From Camelus ferus (Eukaryota), in the NCBI RefSeq assembly GCF_009834535.1, contig NC_045697.1, positions 73,782,001 to 73,846,000 of the forward strand: a stretch of DNA of 64,000 nucleotides. Direction: 5' to 3'. Made by a program: the position numbers and the translations under genes. Under the pieces are notes generated by a model. That model was not told where the DNA came from, did not search any database, and was given only the letters and a program-made list of their open reading frames with translations. Below, piece after piece: positions 49,351 to 60,000 of the stretch. Position 1 is the first letter of the stretch. Every line of letters starts with the position of its first letter.

Positions 49351-50298
49351 GTTGCACAGTGTGCTACACAAGTGTACGTCATAGTCTTTGGAAAACTTTA
49401 CTTTTTGGACTTAAAAAACAAATTACGAGGCACCTCACAAACAACTCAAAACCGATTAGCAATTGCCAAGACTTCAATGACACGTTAGTGTACTGTTAGA
49501 AAAGGCTGCAATTCATTTCACATGAATGCTTAGGGAAACAAACGATTTGTTTAGCCTAGTGCAAAACCAGAATTTGAAGTCAACTTTGTCTCAAAATAGA
49601 ATAAACAGTGTTTCATTAGAACATACTTTAAACGCTCTTCTTCGTAACAACGTGACACATAAGAAGAGTTGCTTTATTAATCCTTTCCAAAGAGGAAATA
49701 CTCCAATTTCATAAAAAGAAGGAGACTTTACTTCTAAAGAAATTACGGACAAAAAAAGTGAGCTACACAAAATAACTTGTGTTGACTTCAGAGTATCACG
49801 ATCACAACGTAGTGATTTCGTAAACGATGTGACCAAAATATCTGTTTAAAATTTGAATGTCAGTAACATGAGAACTTCTGATAGAGGGCAAATCTCAAAA
49901 ATTACTATCTGATGATTCACAAGGGCTTTGTTCTTTATCTCATCTTCACGTAAAAAAAATTATGATTAGAAAAAAACATTAAAGAGAAGTAAAACTGTTC
50001 GGCAATAGAAAAGAAAAACTGTCAATGGATGCCAGCGGTTATAGAATTCCGAACTTCAGGGAAAATCGAGTGTCCGTCATTCGGAGTTTAGTTCTTTACC
50101 GGTCGATTTCTTCATCACTTAATTATAAGGCTGGGAATTTTTTTCAAAAATAAAGGCTCTTACGGGAGTAAACGTAAGCATTTGAAAGTGCAGGTTTGTT
50201 AGATTACAACCTAATCTAGCGAGAAGTAGAATCACCGGTGAGAAAGTCCGCCTGGATCTGCGTGAATCCCTTGCCTTCCCAGCCCACGTGGCCAAAGT

Positions 50299-50476
50299 AA
50301 ACAGAAGGTGTGCCGGGGCGGGGAGAAGCGGGCCTCGGTCAATTTCCCAATTTGTCGAGTCTTTAAAACTACAGGCCCCTAAAGCACTAAGGGCATGCCC
50401 TCCGCGAAACTGGGGAGTGCTTCTGCTGAGTGAGATTAAAGCGGCCGCGTGGAGAGGATGCCAAAGCGGGGGCGAG
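50299..50476 (+). other. TET2: Putative upstream alternative non-coding first exon of TET2
   Basis: AAACAGAAGGTG...CGGTCAATTTCCCA...CCCCTAAAGCACTAAGGGCATGCCC resembles my recollection of the 5' end of an alternative human TET2 transcript; candidate donor GAG|GTGAGG at 50477. Confidence 0.55.
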
Positions 50477-51098
50477 GTGAGGCGGGGCTGGTGGACCTAC
50501 CAGGGGGTGCGGTGCGGGCCCGCGCGGGCGGAGACGGGTGCGCTTAAGGGCGTGTGAGGGGGTACCTGTCAGGACCTGGGAGTCGGGGCGGGTGCGAGGG
50601 CGGCGGGGGGGTGCGCACCTACTCTAAGGGGGCGGTGGGGTGCGGTAACAACAAAGTTTTAAGGGTTCAGCTGGGGTCTCGCATCCTCGTGCCAGGCACC
50701 CACGCCACCTCCCCCTTCGTGCGTGTCTCGCGGGTGGAGACCTGAGGATCCGGGGGGTGCCCCGGGGTCTAGCGGCGGCGTCCAGGGGCCGGACTTTCCC
50801 CAGCGTTCGCCCGCCTCGCGCTCCTCCGGGCGCACCGCTCCGTCCGCTTGCTCCCCGGCCCCGGCCTCGACCGCGCGCCCCCTGCTTCGGCCCCAGGTGC
50901 CGCCGGCTTTGGTGCGGGAAGCCCGGGGCGGGGGGCCGACTCCCCGGGACCCGGGGCCGAGGGCCCCGGGGCGGCGGCGGCAGAGGCCGGGGCGGAGGAG
51001 GCGGCGGCCGGGCGGAGTGGGAGGAGGCGGCGGGGCGGTGGAGGAGGGAGAGGAGGAGGGGGAGGAAGCGGGTGGAGGAGGCGGAGGAGGAGAGCGGC

Positions 51099-51392
51099 GG
51101 CAGCGGCAGCGGCGAGAGCTCGGGCGGCCCCGCCGCCTCCTCGCGAGCGCCGCGCGCCCAGGCCCGGCTCGCATGCGAGTCACGTCCGCCCCCTCGCCGC
51201 GGCCGCCCCGAGACGCCGGCCCCGCCGAGTGATGAGAACAGACGTCAAACTGCCTTATGAATATTGATGCGGAGGCTAGGCTGCTTTCGTAGAGAAGCAG
51301 AAGGAAGCAAGATGGCTGCCCTTTAGGATTTGTTAGAAAGGAGACCCGACTGCAACTGCTGGATTGCTGCAAGGCTGAGGGACGAGAACGAG
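51099..51392 (+). other. TET2: TET2 main non-coding first exon (5'UTR); TSS approximate
   Basis: GTGATGAGAACAGACGTCAAACTGCCTTATGAATATTGATGCGGAGG...GCAAGGCTGAGGGACGAGAACGAG matches the human TET2 mRNA leader as I recall it; ends at donor GAG|GTCAGA (51393). Confidence 0.85.
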
Positions 51393-54300
51393 GTCAGAGC
51401 GCTTCTCTTATGCCGCGGAACTCCCACTTTCCTCTCCCCTTCGCTTTCTCTCGGGCTTGCGGGGACTGGGGAGCAAAGCCTGCAGTGTCACCCACAAATA
51501 CCAAGAGGGAAGAGGGAAGCTTCACAAATTACTGGAGCCTCTTCAACATGGCTGACAAATATAGTTTTAATTCCCCCCCCCCCCCCACTTTAAACCTGTA
51601 GTTCTGTGTTCGCTTCTCTCTCCCGCTAATGCTCGTGTCTTCCTCACCCAGAAAACTTACCTTTGTGAGTCCGGCCGACCGCTTTCCCGGCCTTTTATCC
51701 CCAGGAAAGTGATTTTTCTCTGCTTTCCTTTCTAAAATAGTTCAGCTTTGGGGGGCAAGACTTTTCCCTTGAATCTTCCCCACCCCCTCTTCCTTCGTGG
51801 AAGGCGAACGAGCCTCTGGTCTGTCCTCACCCACCCCGGAAAGAACACTGACGGGGTGGTTTTCGACCCTTTTCTCCGCTGGGGGTCTGGGTTTGGATGT
51901 GCGTTTGCGTCCGCCCCTTTCTGCCCCGTGCCCCCTTTCCCGGGGGTGCGCTCCGCGAGTGTCACGCCGAGTGGAACTGGAGTCCACTCACTGGGGTTTT
52001 GTTTTTCCTGAAGTCCGCGCGTTTTGTTAGCGGTGCTGAGCGAGAGAGGAAAGAATAGTTTCTCTGGTTCCCCCAACAAGACCCGAACCCACTTTTCTCC
52101 AGGTACATCAGCTCTGCCATGGGCTAGCTGTACCTTCCAGCCTGGGGAATGCGTGTAGGAGAATTTGTGGGCAAGTCTGTGTCCTGGCTTTGTGCGTCTC
52201 CCGAATCAGCTTCGTCGGGTTCCCCGGTAAGTGACAGGCAGACACAAAGGCAGGCGCAGGCCGGGGGAGGGGGCGGGCGGGAGGAGGGGGAGCGTGGAGA
52301 GTTGGAAGACTGCAAGGTCAGGGGCGCCCAGAGAAATGAAACCCAATCCCAGCGAAGAAACGGAGAAGTAGAGAGCAGATTTCTAACAGTCCTTTCCCAA
52401 TTTCTCTTCTCTCTTGGCTCTTCTCTTTTCTTGAGTCTTTCATCTCTCTGCAGTTCTGTGTGTCCCTTTTCTCCTGGTCTTCCGCCGCGTTCTTCACACA
52501 TACACTCGAGTCTTGCTGAATGTTTTTCATTGAGACTGCTTGTCTAGTGATAATTAAGCTAACAGTTTCTATGGAGAGTTTTCTACCTATGACAAAATAA
52601 AGTATGGCCTGGGTAGACTTCTGGGAAGGTCGAGTGTGAAACATAAGTGAAATTTACTGGGGGTTGCCCTCATGAAAGACTTTTAATTGCATTGAGTGAG
52701 TTCCCCTGGCCCCCTACCCCCTTCGTGGATGTTTAGGAATTGAAGAAGGGTCATTTTCCAGTTGCTTGCTTAAATGTATTGAGATATTTTTATACTTGTC
52801 ACATCCTAAATTTAAAATCTCAACTCACATTGTGCTTTTCTCTCTCCAATCAGGGATAATAATGACAAACCCAGATCCAAAAATATTTGCCAATAAATGG
52901 TCCAACATAAGAGTAAGATAGTATCTTAGGGGTAGTTGTAATGTACATAGAAAAGATACTGGGTTTGGTTTGGTTTAAGACTGTGGGTATTGTTGCCTGG
53001 CTAATGAAATCATTATATTTGCATTTTAATGAAAAGTTGAAGTACTGGAGGGGAATTATAGTCTTTTCCCTGTTTACATGTGTGTTTCATAATGGGTTTA
53101 AAGTAGAATATAAATTTCAACACAATACATACTGATTTTTTAAATATATTAAGCAGAGAAGTATTAGTGGAGGATTGGAAAGTCAAACTTAAGTTTTGAA
53201 GGCATGTGTTTGATTAAAAGATGGGCAGAGGGGAAAGCACAATAATGGACATTACTCCATAAATCAGAATTCCAAAACTGCTTGTTCTGTGTTCACTTTG
53301 TAACTCTTTCTATTTTGATCTCTGGGAAAGCAGTTACATTTACTTTAATTATTGACACTAAAGGTTATTTCACATGATTACAAGGGAGACATATTACTCT
53401 TCTCTATGGAATAGAAACAGCTCATTTGGTTAGTTTTTATTTGTCCTAAAATAATAAAGAAAATAAGAGCTTAGCATTAATGCTTACTATTTGTTGAGAA
53501 AACTATGATTAATTATTCTAGCAATTCAAAATTTAAAATAATTCCTTTTGCTTGCAGTAGTATCTAACTTTTGGGGGGAAACTTTTCAAATGTTGTATAT
53601 ACAACTGTTTTCAGGCTATTCAACAAATAATAGGTATAATATTTCCTACTTACATTGATAAATAAGAACACTACATTGTTTAAAAATTTTGATTGTGACC
53701 ATGAAAGCTTGCTCTTTTCTGTCATTTAATTTAGACTCTTATTTTATGCATTCTGTTTGTATTCTGAAAATAGTTGCTGATTAATATTGTATGAGTGGCT
53801 TCAATGATTATAAGCAGGAGATGTGCATATTATTCACCAATCTGAGTAAGCACCACTTTCTCCTTTATTAGAAAAGAAATTATTTGAATCAGTATGAAAT
53901 AGTTTACAATAAAAAAATATAACCTCAGCTCTTCATTGACCATGTTTGTGATAGTACTACCTGGATTCTCCAAAAATTTCATGGCTTGAACTGTCTTGGG
54001 TAATTGAATTTTTAGGGGAGTGAGTGACAGTGGACAATAACTGGACAGTATTTCTTAGACTACAATATTGTTTTGCTTATTTTCTTACTGAACTGATGGC
54101 TAGTGAGAAGAGAACTTGGAATGAGGAAAGTCTCTTGATTGTTTAAATTCACATGTTTAACAAACTCTTCTTAAGGCTCTAATTAGATCTGGCATTGTGC
54201 TGGTCCATGCCAGGATCCAGAAGGATTGATATGATTTTTGATTCAATGGCATTTGGACTTACTTTGGCAGGTCAACATCACTTCCAGAACAAGTGAAATG

Positions 54301-55879
54301 CACCTGCCCGGGAGTTATTATGACAGACTTCCCAAGTCCTGTTTGGGCACTGGGCTTGTATTGGGTAACAAAGACTGGAGTTAATGTTTTGGTTTCACTT
54401 GTTGGAGTTAAAATGTCTCTATCAATTTCCCCTAGGCTCCACCCATACACAGTGTTGTAAGTCACATGTCACTATTGAAGTGTATTTCCTTATTTGCTGA
54501 TCTCATTAAGAAGTTCTTCTTATGATTCACAGACACACCTGGCAGAAACTCTATTTTTCATTCTACCCCAAATCCAAGTTAGTAAACTTTTATGAATTCT
54601 TAAGAAATGACCTTGAAATAAAACGTTCTCAAAAGCTGTGGATGTTTGACATCTAGAATGTCTAATACTTAGAAAATGTTAGATGTGCTTTTTTATGCTC
54701 TAATTGCTTCTGCTGCAAGTTCAGTTGTTGTCCTTGTTGTTGACGTTGCTGTTGTTTAGTAGAATTTAATAGTCTTACTGAGCTGTCTGAAATTACGAGA
54801 GGGAGTCTTCTTTGTTTCGTTAACAAGCATGTAGACTGTTCTACTGTAATTGTTTCCTGTCATGGGGACAGGTTAAAACTTTGGACCAGCTAACTGTCCG
54901 TGTTGGTTCACTGAAATAACATTTTCTGCACTATGATGACACCATTGCACAGTAGTCCTTAGGAGGAGTAGTGGCACTGAAGCCAGTAGCAGGAAGACAT
55001 CTCACAAGCCAGCTTTACAATTGGAGTCTAAACTGTGGGAGAGTCGGGTTGCCAAGTAGAGCTGGTGGTTATCTTAGACACTGTGCTGAAGAACACAGCC
55101 ACAAATGATTTTGCCAAATATACAGTATTTACTTGGTCTAAATCTCCAATTTCTATTTTTGAGTCACTGCCAAAACTCCGTGAGTACTGTGACATTATTT
55201 AAGGAGGTTATATAGTACATCTGTTGGTTTGGTATGTAGTAGGAGAGAAGAGTTCTGGAAGAGGAGAGGGTAGAGCAGGAGACCTTGAATCACTGTGACT
55301 GCAAGCCAAGAAGACTTGTATATATCTGCTTATTTCCAGCATTATTTTGACCCTAGGTTGTACATTGCAGAAAATCCCTTATGTAAGGTAGATATATAAT
55401 CTTTTCTCAGTAAAATGAATTTTGGTTGCCCATTCCAAAACAAAGTCCTGTCAGCTTTGGCTTATGCTTTCTCCATTCGTCAGGAAATGCAGTTAAATGC
55501 GCCAGGCTTTAAGAAGTATAAACAGATAGTAAGTGGATTTTCAATATTTTGTGTAAAAATAATTTCAGTGATGATGTCAACCTACCTGCAGTTTTAAGAA
55601 TTTGGATATTTCATGCTTAGTAAGGGTTGTTCCTCAAACTGAGTTGAAATCAAGCTCCAAATAATCTGAGAATTAAGTAAGATAAGTAAATTGGGATGAG
55701 GTGTTTTTGAAGGATAATTTAAGACATAAAATAAACTGGTTTATTCACTAAAAATACTATAAATGTTTCTTTCAAATTATATTTATGTCTGTTGAAAGGA
55801 AGGTACTGATTTCTATGTCCTTTCAGTCTAATAGAATCTGGTGTACTATTCAGTCAAGATTTACTAAACTGGAGGTCCA

Positions 55880-56160
55880 GGGTGGAGGTAAAAGTGGTCA
55901 AAGGGTACAGACTTCCAGTTATAAAAAGCGTGAGTTCTGGGTTGTAATGCATAGCAGGGTGACTATAATTAGCAATACTGTGTTATACATTTGAAAGTTG
56001 CTAAGAGTATTTTCACCACACACACGAAGTCATAACTCTATGAGGTCATGGATGTAACTAACCTTATTGTAGTAATAATTTCCCAATATATACCTATAAC
56101 AAATCATCACATTGTATGCCTTAAATTTACACAATGTTATAAGTTAATTACTCTCAATAA
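55880..56160 (+). mobile_element. Old LINE-1 3' end (L1MA/L1MB-like)
   Basis: GGTCAAAGGGTACAGACTTCCAGTTATAA...TTGAAAGTTGCTAAGAG...AAATCATCACATTGTATGCCTTAAATTTACACAATGTTATA...CTCAATAA. Confidence 0.8.
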
Positions 56161-56414
56161 GAGCACGGGGCAGTTTGCCTTAATGAATGACATAGAATTA
56201 GAAAAAAAATGCCATTAAATTAGAAAATGTGTAATCTATTCTCAGTGCATCAGAGAAAAATAATGTAAACAGTTGGTGCTAGCAATGATGGTAGTAAGGA
56301 TGGTGCTTTTTCCTTAAATGTAACTTCTACTGGCTACAGCAGTTGTCCCATAAAAGTGGTCTAGTGTAAGCATACAGTTTAATGATTTTTAACAAATTTA
56401 TATTGGGATAACCT

Positions 56415-56650
56415 ATTTTTCATTGAAATTTTATTGAGTTGGTTGTAGATTCATGTACAGTTGTATGAAATAACTAGCCATGTACATTCAGCCCAGTTTT
56501 CCCCAGTGGTAACATTTTGCAAAACTATAGTATCATGTCACAGTCAGGAGACAGACATTGACGCAGTCTACCAATCTTATTCAGATCTCCCCAGTCTGAC
56601 CTGTACATTTGTGTATGTGTATATTCAGTTCTGTATCTTTACCACATGAT
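56415..56650 (-). mobile_element. Old LINE-1 3' fragment (L1MB/L1MC-like)
   Basis: GTTGTAGATTCATGTACAGTTGTA...CCCAGTTTTCCCCAGTGGTAACATTTTGCAAAACTATAGTA. Confidence 0.65.
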
Positions 56651-56839
56651 TAGATCATTTTAAGCCTTTTCTCCTGAAAACAGAAAAGTTTTAGTTCTAC
56701 TTCATTAATTATGTGATTGTACTACCATGCCTTATCAAAATGTGCATCAGGATATAGGTTTTTGTATACTCAAAAATTATTTTTTGCTTAAAATGACCTC
56801 TGCATTAAAAATATTTTAAGTCATTTTAATGTTTCATGA

Positions 56840-57040
56840 TATTGTAAGTTATGTCATTTCTCATCACAACTCTAGAAGTAGGTATTATTATTATCCCCGT
56901 CTCTGGCAAGGAAATTAAAACACAGTGATATTAAATAACTTGACCAAGTTCACACAGCCAGGACATGGCTTAGCTAGGATTTGAATTTAGGCAGTCTGTC
57001 TCAAGAACCAGTCTTTTAACCATTATGCATACCACCTCAT
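56840..57040 (-). mobile_element. MIR relic
   Basis: CATCACAACTCTAGAAGTAGGTATTATTATTATCCCC...TTAAATAACTTGACCAAGTTCACACAGC...GGATTTGAATTTAGGCAGTCTG. Confidence 0.8.
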
Positions 57041-60000
57041 TATCATTAATAATAAAAGTGTAGCTACAATCTAGGCTATGTGGGGAAAGTCATAAAAGGA
57101 GACTTAAAATGCTTACAGTTGTCTACACAGAAACTTGTACCTGAATATTCATAGCAACATTATTAACAATATAGATGTAAAATAGAGTTAAGAAAGAAAT
57201 TGGTCTGCAGCAGTCTCTGTGATGCGAAGATAAAGTGGGAAAAAGTTAGGGTCAGAATGTTGATGGTCCTCCAGTTTTGCTACACATAGCTACAGTCTTT
57301 AGAAGCACCAGCAGAATTTTTTTACAGACTATTAATGGTAAGAGGATGCAGATTTTTAGGACTAGCCTCTATGCAATTAGGATGTATAATTTTGGACACA
57401 CAGGGTGAATTAATTGGGGTTGGTTTTATTTGAATTTCTAACTGTATTTCTAGATACCAAACATTCTTCTTGTTGAGCAGTACTTCGCTCCCTTTTATTC
57501 TGATGAGAATACTGGGTTGCTGCCAGTTGGATCCCATAGCTTGGCACCATGACTAGTGACAGAGTAGGGGAGAGCCAATGATCTTGAAGCCTTCCGTTTT
57601 AATAATGTATAATGTGTTATTGTACTCAGTAAGGACATGTCTTAGCTTCATGTAGTTGCTGTAATCATTACTTTCCCAAGGAATAGCTACAGAAATGACC
57701 CAGAATTCCACCTTTTGAGAGTATGATTATAGCATTACTTGTAGGTTTATTGTATATTGGTGACAGCCATGCCCAAGTTAGACACTTCTGTTAGAACCTG
57801 TAACCCATCAAGAAATTGATGTAGTGATTGTTATGCAAAGCAATAAGGTAAAATATAGGTCTGGTCTTTCTTACGGGAGAAATCAGTAGCTTACTTGTTT
57901 TTTATCTTTTGTTTCTTGTAACACTTTTTGAACCACCTCAGCTGACAACAGATTTTTATAGTAGTATCTCCATCATATCAGAAAGTCGTTCACTGAATTT
58001 GAGTGTAGTTTTCCATCTTTGCTTTTTTTAATGCACTTCTAAAACTTGTAAGCCTTTTCAAACAAAGTAGGGATATTTTGATTTGTTTATATTTTTAGCT
58101 TTGCTTTTTTATAAATAATTACTATGAAAGATACACTATATTCAAAAGAAAAACAGCAGGCTGTGAATTTTTGCTTGATGGACTGTTCTCTGCAGAGAGC
58201 AGAATTGCCCACAGTCAGACATAGAACACAGCTCTCCCATGAAGGTATGCCATAGAAATGATGCTTTTCATTTACTACTTTGACTATTTTGAGATTTGCC
58301 ACGAATTTGTAGATGTCACAAATGATTATTTTAATTACTTTTGTCATGCCTCATTAGCCATCGCTAAAACCTGCCTTATCAAGTCACTTATTTTCTTGAT
58401 AGAATATTAAACTGAGTTTCTGTGCTCCAGTTACACTAATGGAAACTATTCACCCAACTTTCAAGATGGGTTTTATTGTCATATTTCTCCTCAAATTGAT
58501 ATATTTTGTGTCTTGCAATGTAAAGGGAAAAAAGCTTAATATTAGTGAAGGTCAGAGGATAGAGGTCCACCTGCGAGTTATTTCTCCTGTTTTTCTTTCC
58601 TGTCTGCATTGAGAAACAAGGGCACCCATTAAAAAAAAACCTTAATTATTGGTTGTGCTGATTCTAAAGTAAAGCACCAGAATCTGAAAATAATACAATG
58701 ATACCACACCCAGATTCCATCCCTGACATACTGTCTTGTTCCTATTAATTTATTTTTTAATTTGTTTGTTCTTTCAGCACTTTTCCCATTTTTGTTTGAA
58801 GTCTCTTACTTTGAAGTTATAGAATTTTCATATTTGCCATTGGCTGTAAAGTTTTGTCAGCTCTTTTATAACCTTTCATGATTTTTGCATTAAAAGGATT
58901 ACTTTTGGACACCCACTAATTAGTTTGGATGATTATTAGCTTTTTGTTTTACTGCATACGTCAGAACAAGAAACCACTTCTGCAAATAAAGTGCTTGATA
59001 GTTCATGAAATTAAAGTGAGCATCTTAAAAAGTGAATTCAGTTATTGAAACACTTCTTCACTTATTCATATGTTCATGTATCAAACTTAACTGAAAAAAG
59101 GAAAAATACTATATGTGGATACCTTTCAAACATGAGGGAAGACCACACAGTGATGTATGTCAGTTATTTCTCAGTAAAACTGGAAAAATAAAAGACATGT
59201 GAGAAGAACAAATCTTCCATCCTAAAAATACCACATAAATTTTTTTTTTAATTAAAAAGAGGAGCAGGTCCATTTCAGTAAAAGCACTTATTTTAAACTT
59301 TGCATTCTAGATTTAATCTATCTTTATTCCTATCCAGCCACCTAAATGGTTATTTTTTTTTCTGTTATGAAGTTACGGTATATAAAATTGAAATTTTTAA
59401 AATTGTAATTTAATTTTGGAATTCTCTACTGTATTATAGATTGAAGGAAAACATTGGCAGAAAACGAAGTAGACATTTTGCTAATAGCTTACCTGTAAAA
59501 ATTACTATGATTTAATTATGTGTTTCTATTAGAGATCAAAATTGGAAAGAACATTTGGTTAACTTTGGGAGCTAAATTTTCAGTATTTTGAAACTTAACC
59601 TGCTTACTCTTAAATGTGATTCTTTTCAAGTAGGAAATTTTATAGACATCAACTAATATATAATTTAAAAACATTTTTATCGGGTGTGTAAAAGATATAG
59701 GATATGGCATTTTAAAGGACAGAAAAATGAGATTTTGTTGAAGTCAAAGGTATTTTCAAAAACAAGTTTAATTTACTACTGACAGTTCTGCATCAGTATT
59801 TTTTCATTGTTATAATTTGTCATGCTTCAATTAATCTTGAAGATTATGGGAAACTTTTCCAGATTTAGGGGTAAAATACTTAGTTGTTAACATTGTCATC
59901 TTTCTTCAATATTGGTAAAAATTTCCTCCTTAAGGAATGGAGTTTACTTACTTTCTGTTAATAAACCCATGGTAAGAGATACAATGAATGTAGATGAGGG

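Larger units (their letters stand above)
50220..52330. promoter_or_regulatory. TET2: CpG-island promoter of TET2 (core ~50430-51260)
   Basis: Very high GC and CpG density, many GGGCGG boxes, E-box CACGTG 50285, no clear TATA box, YY1-like CAAGATGGCTGCC 51308; overlaps the recognised TET2 first exons. Confidence 0.9.

Noticed and set aside
50659..51372. Long ORFs over the CpG island (237 aa on -, 169/167/139 aa on +)
   Set aside because: Low-complexity G/P/R/A translations expected from stop-poor GC-rich DNA, mostly with non-ATG starts upstream of the TSS; TET2 coding sequence starts in a later exon outside the window
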